A stretch of DNA of 63,783 nucleotides, the filler included, from Octopus bimaculoides (lineage: Eukaryota): the NCBI RefSeq assembly GCF_001194135.2. It is 5 parts of 5 records of this genome, joined end to end, with 100 filler letters (N's around TTAATTAATTAA, not from the genome) between each part and the next. Parts side by side here need not be neighbours in the genome. Positions count along the whole stretch, not along the records: positions 29,724 to 40,993 come from NC_068997.1; positions 41,094 to 51,719 come from NC_068987.1; 3 more parts are not named here. One strand, written 5' to 3'. The position numbers were made by a program, and so were the translations under genes. Below are positions 34,927 through 47,999 of the stretch, in pieces (position 1 is the stretch's first letter; every line of letters begins with the position of its first letter). Under the pieces are notes generated by a model. It did no database searches. It was not told the origin of the DNA and saw only the letters and a program-made list of their open reading frames with translations.

Positions 34927-37900
34927 GTATTTTATCAAATATTACAAATCCACTTTATTACATAAAACAATTCACATCATTTGCATTTTACAAACTGTTA
35001 TGTTTATGGAGATAAGTTGTTTAGTTTTGAATACTAATTAGGCTGAAGAAATATAACCAGTATAATCCCACAGTCCACCCCTCCCTACAACAATACCCTA
35101 CATACACCACTCCTAAGAAAACAATGAGCTCTGTCCCTCCTATTTAGGATATTACATAGTAACTATCACACACTGCTGCTAAGAAGATATGAGCTCTGTC
35201 CCTCATCTCCAAAACTAAGCCATAAACATATTTTTAAATCTAGATCTAAGAAAAGTCTGTGTTTATGTCAGTTTTATTTCTAAGAAAGACAAGGTACCAT
35301 AAAGTTTTCTTGTACTCTACTAGACAAGATATTTCCCAGAGATTACATACTTTCTTCTTTAAGGTAGCTAAACTTAGAAAATTCTTTAACTCAAATGTCA
35401 GTATTCATAGAAATTAATCAAAGATTGTAACTTGATAGCAGCTATAACAGGAAATGTATTTCACTAAAGCTTCATACCGGAAATATTGCAGCAGAATCAA
35501 GAAGCTATACTGGTAAAAGATTAAGAGAACTATGACAAACCAAAATTTTATATTAGGCAACTCCGTTATTAAAGAGAAGAATAAGCTTTTATTGACACCA
35601 GAAAGTAAGTTGGTGGAATCATGTGTGTTTTTGCTGGTTCTTTTTTGTTTTCTCTCTTTTTTTTTTATATCTACTCTTTATTCCATATTACAATGGATTG
35701 GAATGATGCTTCAACTTTGGTAATTTACAAAGGATTTTGGGAAATGTTGATTTTATAGTTTCCTGTTGTGTCATAAATATGCTACCAATACCATAAAATG
35801 TGACTGGAGAAAGGTTTCACTGTTGAAGGACAAAACTAAGATCAAAGAAAGAGAGGTTACATATGTGGCGTTACCAAATATATTGATTGTTACTCTAAGT
35901 ACTGGGGCAGACGTTTTTGGCAGCGGAAGAATACGGTCAACTGTATTGATTCTCGTAATTAACAAATATATTTCAGAATTAACGTAAGTACTAAGGCACC
36001 TTGGTTAAGAGGCATCTACCATAGTCTTGTGAGTGGAGTTTGATAAATGGAAACACTGGAACTGAAGCAAGTTAATATTAATTGAATCTAACCACCTTAA
36101 TGAACACAAGTCTGCAAATCAATTAATAAATGTCTGTATGCATTGGTAATTGATATCATTCTGTATTGCATTTAACTATGAAGAGACATTTCTAAGAGAG
36201 GTCAATAGATTATCAGCCGAGCTAAAATGTAATCACTTTCTCTGCAGTTCATTAACAAGCAATGGTGATGCATTGAGGTGCATCTTCTCAATGTGTATCT
36301 ATGTGCAAATCTTTTGACAATATGTATTAGCAAAACTTGTAAATATTTGTGGGAAAACCTTGAAACACAGTGCTATCTGAATGAAGGTACTTGTGATATT
36401 TGTTCTGTTCTGAGTGACACAAACACTCCCTTATTACTTTTGGCTATGAAAATGCAGTGGACTGTTGAGTAGGCTGGAAACCCATGATGCTATTGATCAC
36501 AGACTGAATTATAAACTAAATTAAGTAAACACTAAACATTCACAGAATGTAACCAGATAGGAGAGAGTGATGGGTGTGTTTTCTAGAAGTACATTCACAT
36601 TGTTTTAAAGGGTTAGTGTAGAACATAATGTCACACTTTGATATAAACCTCTAATTTATATCAGCTACGAGGATAATATTTTTATTGTGACAGACCACGA
36701 GATTTTGCTGAAAGTAAAGAAGAATGTGCAAAATAACTCTTATCTCTCCTTTAATGTCTAGCATGGCTTAGGTAGAGATTTAGGGAGTTTGATAACCTTA
36801 ATCTTAACTATAAATGTAGGAAGCAGAGAAAAACTGTTATATAACATCAGCATGCATATAAAGAAAGATAAATAAAATGGAAAAACAACATGCAGCTTAT
36901 AATTACATGTATGTGCATCGATATATGTCTGCGTAGATATAAAATATTAGTAGTAAACTCCCTAGTCAGAAGATCCATTGGATTTTTCTGCACAAAAATG
37001 GTAGAACAGAAAGTAATTCCTTGAATAAAACCAAATGTGAGTTAATGACAACAGATTTGGAAATAAATTCTAACATTAGATTATGCAACAAAGGAAAATA
37101 ATACAATAAATACAAAAAAAAACAATAACAGTGAAAAAAACACAAAGAAACACACAAAATATATGAGCAAAAAACTCTGGCTATTTAATACATGAATACA
37201 TTAACATGAATCTCATTAAGTTGAACATCATGTGGTACATGGAATCATAAAATCAATGTAGTAATAATGTATTACAAGAACCAAGCAATTAGAAATCATA
37301 AACAACAAACCATTGAATAAATGAGACAACAAGAAAGTCACTAGAGGGTCGCTTGACCCGCTAGAAATAGATGCTGAATCTATAAGAAAAGGAATGCATT
37401 CCACTTCAGTTTGTCTGTCTTTATGTCTGTGTTATGTTTATTGATTTAAAAGAATGTGTTTTGTGTAAGAGAGCATGACTTAGCCTTTTGCTAAACAGTT
37501 ATCAATAAATACCTACCAGAACAGATAATATGGTTCCAAGATAAGCTATGACCAAAACTAACACGGGGTGGTTCCAGCTGGATTGAATGCTTTTGGCATT
37601 CTTGTTAATTAGGCCTGACCTAGGGTTAAACAAGTGCACTCACTGTTGACCAAAGTAATTCACCAATTTGTCAGCCAAATGATGTTAGTTGTGGCACAGG
37701 ATTCATACATGTGCCACTCTTTCTCTTTGACTCTTCTTGCAATTACAATAAAATGGCAGAGTGTCAATGACAGTGCCTCTCTGCGGAGTCTGGACCTGCT
37801 AGAAATAACAGCCAAATTTTCTTCTAATATAGAATCACATTGCATGAAATGTCTAATCAGATGATAGAGTTAATCTCTCACCTGATTTAATACCATCATC

Positions 37901-39743
37901 TGGCACCTTGAGTCCCTTCAGGTCAGTCTGGGATCAGAGGATAACCGTCTTGCTCTTCCTTTCCTTCACCTGTCACAGAAACCCCTAGAAAGGGCCATAA
38001 ACTGACAACTGCAAAAAACAATGGTAGACCATTATATTCTTCAACACCAAAGCACTAAACTTGATATAAAATCACTTATCGATAACACAACTACCTCTTC
38101 GACTAAAACACCTCCATCAGTGAACTAAATTAATGCCTTAATTACTCCACTAATTGATCTCAATAGGTGAAACCTTACATCTTCAATATCAAAATTAAAA
38201 CAATATATAAGTGTGTCTATGTTGGTGTGTCTGTGCATCTGTGTGTGCGTATATTATTGTGTGTGTGTGTGGGGGGGTGTCTATGTGTTTGTGTGCTTGT
38301 GTGTGCGTCTGTGCATCTGTGTGTGTGTAACTGTGTGTCTGAGTGTCCACGCATCTCTGCATGTATTTGTTGCTGTTAAAATCAATGTTGAGTCAAAAGG
38401 TGGAACTTAATCGTTTGATAAACAAATTGGCTAAAATAATTGCTGGGTTTTGCTGGGACCAACTAAAAACACCTTAAGGTGGTGTTCTATCAAAATGAAG
38501 AGATGAACAGAAAAGCTTCTATTTTGTAGAGTGACCAGCCAGAAAACGTAGAAATAGCAGCCAGATCTCCCTCAAATTAATGCACTATTACAATGAAGGG
38601 AGAAAAAGAACACATTGGGGGTTATAGTTCTCATTATCTCTAAAATGATGTATGGGAATTTGTCTGCTATTTCTAGCAAGTTTATAAAACAACAATGTAA
38701 AGGCTTCTTCATTGTCAGAAGAAACAATGTTATCCACAGCTTAATTGTTTAATTAGGCAATTAAAATCTGACAAGCATGGAGCTTGTATCTAAATGAGGA
38801 ATCTTTGTAATTTTCAAAACAAATTGTCAGCAATAAATTTGGTGTGTGTTTAGGAATATGATGACATTACCAAATGAAGTAGCTGACACCCCTCATTTCT
38901 AATGGATTATTTCTGACAGTTGAGACCCCTCACTTATAATGGATTGTTCACGCTTACAATGTTATTTAAAACCAAAAATCAAAGCCAGACCTTATCATAC
39001 GTTAGGAAGAAAACATGAAGGTAAGAATTAAGACAAGCTGTTGCCAATGACATAGCACATACAACTCTCAAGACATAGTCTTCAGTGCAATGAGCACCAA
39101 TCAGTTGCACACGTTAGTAGTAGGTCTTTGATATGAAGACCATTAACTCCCTTCTCCTCCTCTGCTAAAGTAATAAGAATCCAAGAAAAGGGTGGCACAG
39201 ACTGACCTGACACCTGCTACAAAGCCATATTTGTTTGTTCTAAGACGTCAGCCATCTCTTTGCCTGGGCAACACCAAGATGTTGTGTTAGGAAGAAGATA
39301 CAAACCAAGCAATCTTGACCAAACATTCTGGCTTTTTATCAACAACACCACACCTAAATACATTCTCACTCATCAGACACAATTAAGTAAAATACTTTAA
39401 TTCAATTATCTCTCTTCCCTTTCTCCCTCTTTTTCTCTCTCTCTCTCCTTTTCCTCTCCCCTCCCTCCTCACCTCTCCCTTTCTCTAAGGAATTCTTTTG
39501 ATTTACTTTTTATAAATTTTTATACATTTTTTCTCACTAAAACTAATTTTTTTAGAAATATTTCTGTCTTTGTCCTTGCATTTCAAAAATTGTAATCTTA
39601 TTAGGGAAGAAGAAAACAAAACAAGAAAAAAAATATATGTATAGTGAAAACAACAATAATAAAACATAATAAGATACTTCAAAAATTGACAACAAATACC
39701 CCAAAATATATAATTTTCATAAATCATCTGAAAGAAAGATACC

Positions 39744-39793
<50 letters not shown>

Positions 39794-40218
39794 AGAAAGA
39801 AGATAAGAAAGAGATAAATAAGTAGCAATGATGAAGTTGTATCCCAAGAGAGAGAAAGAAAGCAAGAGAGAGAGAGAGAGTAAGAGAGAGAGAGAAAGAA
39901 AGAGAGAGAGAGGAAGGTAGTAAGAGAGAGAGGGGAAGAGAGAAGGGGAAGATAGAGAGAGGGGGAAGAGAGAGAGAGAGAGAGAGAGTTATGTTTATTG
40001 TTGTTATGATTTGTTAAATGCTTGTATCGTTATCTACGTCATTAACTCACAGACACTGCATGGTCTGCTAACGGCAGAAAAAACTGTTTAATAGCAGCAA
40101 TTACTTTTATTGGCTTCTCACTCTCTCTCACACACTCAATGTGGAAGCATAGGTGTGGCTACGTGTGAGTGTGTGTGTGTGTGTGTGTGTAGTTATAGGT
40201 ATGTATAGGTAGGTCTTG

Positions 40219-40250
<32 letters not shown>

Positions 40251-40315
40251 GGGTGTGTTTGTGTGTGTGTGTTTTCATAGGTGTAGGTATGCGTGTATAG
40301 ATTTAGGTATATACA

Positions 40316-40348
<33 letters not shown>

Positions 40349-40354
40349 AATCTT

Positions 40355-40387
<33 letters not shown>

Positions 40388-40393
40388 ATACAT

Positions 40394-40634
40394 GAAGACT
40401 TGTCAAGCCAAGTGAAATCATAATTGTGACTGTTGACTGTGTCATATAAATGGCACCTGTGCCAGTGGCAGGTAAAAAGCTCCAATTACATTCTGAGAGT
40501 GGTTGGCATTAGGAAGGGCATCCAATCATAGAAATCCATGCCAAATCAGACTAGAGTCTAGTGCAACCCTTCAGCTTACCAGTTCCAGTCAAACTCATGC
40601 CAACATAGAAAGTGGACGTTAAATGATGGTGATG

Positions 40635-40636
<2 letters not shown>
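40394..40636 (+). mobile_element. Diverged RTE 3' end
   Basis: ggttggcattaggaagggcatccaatcatagaaatccatgcc..gtggacgttaaatgatggtgatg. Confidence 0.75.
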
Positions 40637-40673
<37 letters not shown>

Positions 40674-40993
40674 GACGGTTTAGATATAGATTCAAGGCTT
40701 GAATATGGTACTTATGCGAAGGCACCCGAATTTCACATCCCAAAAGGATGGGTGATTAAAATCAAATAATAAGCAACACGGATTTCAAAAGTGATTGCAG
40801 TACGCACGTTTCATGCTACTTCAATTTATTTAAGTAATGTGAGCATTACCTTAAATGCAATATGAAGAGCAATCTTCAGCTGCACGAAAAAATGTAGAAA
40901 AAAAGACATATTACAAATGTGGCAACATATTAAAACTAAGTGTATGTATGTGTATATACATATATATATATATGTGTGTGTGTGTGTATCAGT

Positions 40994-41093
40994 NNNNNNN
41001 NNNNNNNNNNNNNNNNNNNNNNNNNNNNNNNNNNNNNTTAATTAATTAANNNNNNNNNNNNNNNNNNNNNNNNNNNNNNNNNNNNNNNNNNNN
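40994..41093. other. Artificial scaffold spacer
   Basis: 44 N + TTAATTAATTAA (41038-41049) + 44 N. Confidence 0.95.
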
Positions 41094-42345
41094 ATATATA
41101 TATATATACGCACATATACATTCGCGCTCACACACGTACATTCAAATATATGGGCACATGCATATAACTAGATACACGCGCATACGCACACGTATGGAGG
41201 AATACATACATATATATGTATAGGATCGCACATACGCAGGTACAGATATGTATATATATATAAATATACGTACATAGCAAAGACAAATGTGTGCATTTAT
41301 TCGTACGTAAAGCAAGATAAAGACGTCTGTATCAAGTTTGACACACACAGACGTGTTAATACACTCATGTATACTCATAAGTAAATATTTACACACATAT
41401 ATACACATGCACACATACACACACATATACATGTATGTATGCATATACACACATAAACACACGCCCGCGTACACGTATACACAGATTAACACTAATATAT
41501 ACATACACCTACAAAAAACGCAAATGCGCACAGATGAATATGTAGACATATATATATCTACATACCTATATATATATATATATNNNNNNNNNNNNNNNNN
41601 NNNNNNNNNNNNNNNNNNNNNNNNNNNNNNNNNNNNNNNNNNNNNNNNNNNNNNNNNNNNNNNNNNNNNNNNNNNNNNNNNNNNNNNNNNNNNNNNNNNN
41701 NNNNNNNNNNNNNNNNNNNNNNNNNNNNNNNNNNNNNNNNNNNNNNNNNNNNNNNNNNNNNNNNNNNNNNNNNNNNNNNNNNNNNNNNNNNNNNNNNNNN
41801 NNNNNNNNNNNNNNNNNNNNNNNNNNNNNNNNNNNNNNNNNNNNNNNNNNNNNNNNNNNNNNNNNNNNNNNNNNNNNNNNNNNNNNNNNNNNNNNNNNNN
41901 NNNNNNNNNNNNNNNNNNNNNNNNNNNNNNNNNNNNNNNNNNNNNNNNNNNNNNNNNNNNNNNNNNNNNNNNNNNNNNNNNNNNNNNNNNNNNNNNNNNN
42001 NNNNNNNNNNNNNNNNNNNNNNNNNNNNNNNNNNNNNNNNNNNNNNNNNNNNNNNNNNNNNNNNNNNNNNNNNNNNNNNNNNNNNNNNNNNNNNNNNNNN
42101 NNNNNNNNNNNNNNNNNNNNNNNNNNNNNNNNNNNNNNNNNNNNNNNNNNNNNNNNNNNNNNNNNNNNNNNNNNNNNNNNNNNNNNNNNNNNNNNNNNNN
42201 NNNNNNNNNNNNNNNNNNNNNNNNNNNNNNNNNNNNNNNNNNNNNNNNNNNNNNNNNNNNNNNNNNNNNNNNNNNNNNNNNNNATTATTATAATTTCTTC
42301 AAGAACATTCCATAAGGAAATATATTTATTTATTTATCAACTGTT

Positions 42346-42528
42346 AGGCATAGGAGTGGCTGTGTGGTAAGTAGCTTGCTTACGAACCACATGGTTCCGG
42401 GTTCAGTTCCAACTGCGTGGCACCTTGGGCAAGTGTCTTCTACTATAGCCTCGGGCCGACCAAAGCCTTGTGAGTGGATTTGGCAGACGGAAACTGAAAG
42501 AAGCCCGTCGTATATATGTATGTGTGCG

Positions 42529-42573
<45 letters not shown>

Positions 42574-42767
42574 GTGTGTGTGTGTATGTTTGTGTGTCTG
42601 TGTTTATCCCCCCAACATCACTTAGTGGTAACTTAGTGGTTCGGTGGAAGAGAACGATAGAATAAGTACTAGGCTTCCAAAGAATAAGTCCTGGGGTCGA
42701 TTTGCTCGACTAAAGGCGGTGCTCCAGCATGGCCGCAGTCAAATGACTGAAACAAGTAAAAGAGTAA
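42346..42767 (+). mobile_element. Bipartite tRNA-derived SINE (OK-like), near full length
   Basis: A-box-like tggctgtgtggt (42357-42368), B-box-like gggttcagttcc (42399-42410), body, (TA/TG)n insert at ~42510-42600, and 3' module ending tgactgaaacaagtaaaagagtaa. The OK/OR naming is recalled from octopus SINE literature, not searched. Confidence 0.88.
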
Positions 42768-42912
42768 CAGTTATATAAACAGACAGATCTTCAACCTGTA
42801 ACTAGTCTGATAAGGGCCAACGCACTCGGACCTTAAGTCACTGTTACTTCTGCTAAATATTAATAACGCAAACACACACACATATATATACGTATGTATG
42901 TCTGTGTGTGAA

Positions 42913-43300
42913 TACATACATACATACATACATGCAAGGTCCGAGAGCTTCGTGCGTTGGCATTTATCAGACAAGTTGCTGGCCTGAAATCTCATTTGTG
43001 AACGCACGGAAAACGAACCTTCACCAACTATTCTGCCTAAATGTCTATGCTCATTTGAATGCAGTGTATGCCAGAAGGTTCGCAAGTCCAACGGAGACCT
43101 CAAAAGACATTTCAAGATCCACAAAGAGCAGAACTTATCTGCAGCTCTTGATGGTCCAAATCGGAGGTGCAATCTATGTGGGTGTCTTTTCAGAACATTG
43201 TCTGGTTTAAAAAGCCACATCAGATGCCATGATGTGTAGGTACAGGAAGTGGTCAAACTCTGTATAAGGAGTATACAACCACCATGAATGTATGTATCTA
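42913..43300 (+). mobile_element. LINE-like 3' end (or ZNF pseudogene fragment) encoding tandem C2H2 zinc fingers
   Basis: 43051-43239: SFECSVCQKVRKSNGDLKRHFKIH..RCNLCGCLFRTLSGLKSHIRCHDV*. A third decayed finger (AGLKSHL*TH) lies upstream in another frame. A short trailer and (ATGT)-like tail follow. Confidence 0.65.
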
Positions 43301-43604
43301 TCTATCTTTGTATGTATAATGAGATGGACGTGTCTTATGTCCAAGAAACGTAAAGTAATGTAGAACTGAGTCAAACTATTTAACTCAAACTAAATGAGAT
43401 GAGTGCTACTTTCATTCGTTTGTCCATTAATGTGCGTGTGTGTGTGTGTGTGTGTGTATGCATGTACATGTGTGTGTGTTGTATATATTATATATAATGC
43501 TTATTTATATTCTATATGTTTAATTTATAGATTTATCTTGTATATAATGTATTGTAAGTAGAAATATATACTTACATATACGTACATCTACCTATACCTA
43601 TCTG

Positions 43605-43687
<83 letters not shown>

Positions 43688-43979
43688 CATTTTCTCTCTC
43701 TCTTTCTCTCTCTATTTCCAATTTAGTTTCACTTCAGTATGAAGTCTATGTCTATCATTTGAACGGTGAAATATCTCATTGATTTCCGACAGATAGTGGT
43801 GGTGGTGATGGTGGTAGAGATGGTGGTGGTGATAGTGGTGATGGTAGTGTTGGTGGTGGCTATGGTAGAGGTGGTGTGATAGAGGAGGAGCGCTGTTCGT
43901 TACGTGTGAACAAGAAGAGATGGTCTTCTATTATAATATCAGTACTAGTGTCTCTACTGAAGATATGTAAGAAGACTGA

Positions 43980-43992
43980 TAATAATAACAAT

Positions 43993-44070
<78 letters not shown>

Positions 44071-44106
44071 CATGATAATAATAATAAGAATAATAATAAT
44101 AATAAT

Positions 44107-44141
<35 letters not shown>

Positions 44142-44200
44142 AAACAACAACAACAATAGTAATAATAATAATAATGACAATAATAACAATAACTAATAAT
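43980..44200. repeat. Compound (AAT)n/(AAC)n trinucleotide microsatellite
   Basis: Directly visible; source of the spurious poly-N, poly-I and poly-Y ORFs. Confidence 0.97.
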
Positions 44201-44457
44201 AGCCATAGTAATAGTAATAGTAATAGTAAAGGTAATAATAATATGCAGCCTTTTATGAGAATATCATGAACAACCATTATGTCATAACAGAAATAGTTGA
44301 ACATTTTCTAAAGATACTTGTGTGCCTCTGTGTGTGTGCGTGTATGTGTGCGCGCGTGCGTATGTGTGTGCGTGTGTGTGTGTGTGTACACATCTGCATA
44401 AACTTGTGTGTATGTTTGTATATATACATGCGTGTGTATGTATGTGTGTGCGCTTTC

Positions 44458-44494
<37 letters not shown>

Positions 44495-44495
44495 A

Positions 44496-44574
<79 letters not shown>

Positions 44575-45261
44575 AATATATATATATGCATGATGACGTC
44601 AAATTTCAATATCTTTCAATTTTCCCACAAAATGGCGAAAAAGTGAATAGAATTCATTAAAGAAATTGTTTAATTACTTCATTTGTTGAAACACATTTCA
44701 CCTTACTTTATTGAATATAGCATCAACAAAATTACTCTCTAATATATTTTGTTGTTGTTGTTATTGTTGTTGTTGTTATTGCTGCTGCTGCTGCTGCTGA
44801 TTGTTGTTGTTGCTGCTTAGCCCTGGGTCAAACATGACGAAGTAGATTAATGATCATAGGTGTTTCACGTATTTGTGAACGTCACCTCTTTTTGTACTTC
44901 CGAAACTCCTTTAAATGCAAAGGGGCTCTGACTCCTCTAATTAAGTCTAATTTTTGCTATTTTTCTCTAAGTAAAGTTTGATTTCAGGGAAAATATGTTG
45001 GTAGTTAATTTTACGTGGGCATGTACATGTTCTTTCGTTAGCTTTTTCTGATGAACTTATCAGCAAATAGTGGTGGAAAAGACCACTGTCTCGATTTCTG
45101 ATCGAAGCTTCTTTACTAATAATAGCCTGTTAAGTTTATTGACAAAATAATGTCATAACTTCCTGTCGGTATCTCTAATAAAGTAGTGTCAGACTTAACA
45201 CAGTCTTATTTTTGTATGTTCATACATTCTTATATTTAGATACACAGATGCAGCGCATATT

Positions 45262-45426
45262 GTAGGCACGGTTATGTAGTTAAGAAGTTAGCTTTGCAAC
45301 CATGTGATTTCCGGTTCAGTCTCACTGGATGGCATCTTGGATCAGTGTCTTCTACTATGTCCCCGGACTGGCCAATACCTGTGAGTGTAGACAGAAACTC
45401 AATGCAATCTCGTTGAATGTGTGTGT

Positions 45427-45495
<69 letters not shown>

Positions 45496-45620
45496 CCTGA
45501 CAATTAGCGTTGCTTTTTTTTACGTTCCCTAACTTAAAAGGACGTCACCCTAATAAAACAGTTCGCTAAACTAAGCACTAGACTTAAGAATAAGTACTGG
45601 GATCGATTCATTCGATACGC
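45262..45620 (+). mobile_element. Bipartite OK-like SINE, diverged, with internal (TG)n(AG)n
   Basis: Head gtaggcacggttatgtagttaagaagttagctttgcaaccatg..ggttcagtctc; body gtgtcttctactat; 3' module aagaataagtactgggatcgatt. Confidence 0.7.
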
Positions 45621-46051
45621 ATGTTCATACATGCATATAGATTCACATACAAAGAGCGCTTGTATTTGTAAGACCACGCAAAGACAAAGCACAAAAGCAT
45701 TCACACGCACAAGTATAAAGATAAAAACACTTAGACGCATCAAGCCTTCGCTACAACATTGCGATATGCAGGGGGAAGTAAATAATGTTCTTTGCAGCCA
45801 GAGTAACGCAATAAATGACGCCTATGAAGCTGGTGTTCTCTAGAATAGCAGTTAATTACTATTATGGTTACTCAAAATTGTTATTCGATACAATAATTTC
45901 AATGTCCTTTCTTCTTCCTGGAAGGTGGGGATAAAGTAACGTATCAAAACGATCTTTTCACTAAATTTGAGACCTTGGATCTTTGCAAGAAATATACTAT
46001 TCTTTTAGAAAGCTCATCTTAGACAAATGCATTACAAAGATATAAATGTGT

Positions 46052-46123
<72 letters not shown>

Positions 46124-46759
46124 NNNNNNNNNNNNNNNNNNNNNNNNNNNNNNNNNNNNNNNNNNNNNNNNNNNNNNNNNNNNNNNNNNNNNNNNNNNNN
46201 NNNNNNNNNNNNNNNNNNNNNNNNNNNNNNNNNNNNNNNNNNNNNNNNNNNNNNNNNNNNNNNNNNNNNNNNNNNNNNNNNNNNNNNNNNNNNNNNNNNN
46301 NNNNNNNNNNNNNNNNNNNNNNNNNNNNNNNNNNNNNNNNNNNNNNNNNNNNNNNNNNNNNNNNNNNNNNNNNNNNNNNNNNNNNNNNNNNNNNNNNNNN
46401 NNNNNNNNNNNNNNNNNNNNNNNNNNNNNNNNNNNNNNNNNNNNNNNNNNNNNNNNNNNNNNNNNNNNNNNNNNNNNNNNNNNNNNNNNNNNNNNNNNNN
46501 NNNNNNNNNNNNNNNNNNNNNNNNNNNNNNNNNNNNNNNNNNNNNNNNNNNNNNNNNNNNNNNNNNNNNNNNNNNNNNNNNNNNNNNNNNNNNNNNNNNN
46601 NNNNNNNNNNNNNNNNNNNNNNNNNNNNNNNNNNNNNNNNNNNNNNNNNNNNNNNNNNNNNNNNNNNNNNNNNNNNNNNNNNNNNNNNNNNNNNNNNNNN
46701 NNNNNNNNNNNNNNNNNNNNNNNNNNNNNNNNNNNNNNNNNNTTTAATTTAAATTTAAT

Positions 46760-46941
46760 TTGTGGTCCGTGGGAAGAGCCGTTTTAACGATGCGTCCTGC
46801 CCTAACTCTTCGAAACGCCTCTGTTAGAATGGGGGCAGCTGATGAAGGAGATGTTCTCTATGTGGCCTGTGTGTTTTCTGTACTCGTTTATCATTTTGTC
46901 TACGCTTTGTTTGCAATGTCCTGTACCCAGATATGCATCTA
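46760..46941 (+). mobile_element. Fold-back family half copy
   Basis: Ends tgtcctgtacccagatatgcatcta; contains GAAAC (46812) and CTGATGAaggag (46839). Confidence 0.65.
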
Positions 46942-47180
46942 TATATACAGGTAGATGTAAGTATGTACATACATGTACGTATACATGCATATACTCATTT
47001 ATTATTTGTATTATATATATATATTGAGAGAGAGAGAGAGAGAGAGAGAGGTGTTATGAGAGGTAATGGTGTCAGTAAAACCGAAAGCTGTCAGGTAATG
47101 CCAAGTTAAGCTCCAGTTTCGGTGATTATGCGAATGAGGAGTCCAACGCAGGTCATATATCAATATGTGTATATATAGAG

Positions 47181-47962
47181 ATTTTCAGAATGAGATAAAA
47201 ATCCAAGGCTATGAAAGATTTTAGAACATTTATAAATAGAAGGTCTTATAGCTGTTTCCGGGATATTTTATATATCTCTTCATAGGAGACGGTGTGAGAA
47301 GATGGTTATGCAATAGTTATTCAAGATAAGATATGAAATAGAGAGTGAAGTGGAGGAATGAAAATAGACGTGAGATATGTAGGGATATTGCATTTGTAGA
47401 TCCATTATTTAGGCAGAATAATATACATATAAGATTCCAGTTCCTTGTGAGTAAGTTCCAATAGTATTTAAAATTGGTCATTCCAAGTATAGAGTTTGTA
47501 CACGCTGTTATTGAATCGAGGGCTTTATTTAAAGTGACTTAAAGGTAGGGAATGTATTTGTAAGGTCAAATTTGAGCAGTAAGAGAGGAAGAAAGAAAAT
47601 GAAAAGAAAAAAGAAAAAAAGAAAAAAGAAAAGCAATGAAGAGAGGGAAAGTGTACTGGTTAGTGGTCAGTCAAGATAAATTGATAGAAAGACTAGGGAG
47701 GCGAGGGTAATAGAGAGAGAAAGATATGAGCGTATCAAAAGATGATAGGGTAAAGAGTAAAGGAGTGTCGGATAGAAGGAATGATGGGGTGATGGGTGAT
47801 AGAGAGAGAAAGAGTTAAGAAGTGTCCGGTATGTAGAGATAGGGCCTGAGTGAGGGGCAGAGAGAGGTGGGAGGTGTAGTAAAATGGTGGAATGAAGAAT
47901 GTGGGAATATAGGGCAGTTTGGTTAGAGGACAGGTCAGTGCTTAGTAATAGAAGAATATATG

Positions 47963-47999
<37 letters not shown>

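Noticed and set aside
35766-35987. 73-aa ORF ending at a GTAAGT donor as the next PIX exon
   Set aside because: No similarity to the expected RKRKE.E...WEG segment or to the PH domain, and it lies beyond a synthetic spacer.
39503-39865. 120-aa minus-strand ORF next to a GA-rich tract
   Set aside because: Low complexity (poly-L/V from SSRs; F/Y/I-rich from AT bias) with no domain signature.
42346-42420. tRNA gene
   Set aside because: A- and B-box-like motifs are present, but there is no full cloverleaf and it continues into SINE body sequence.
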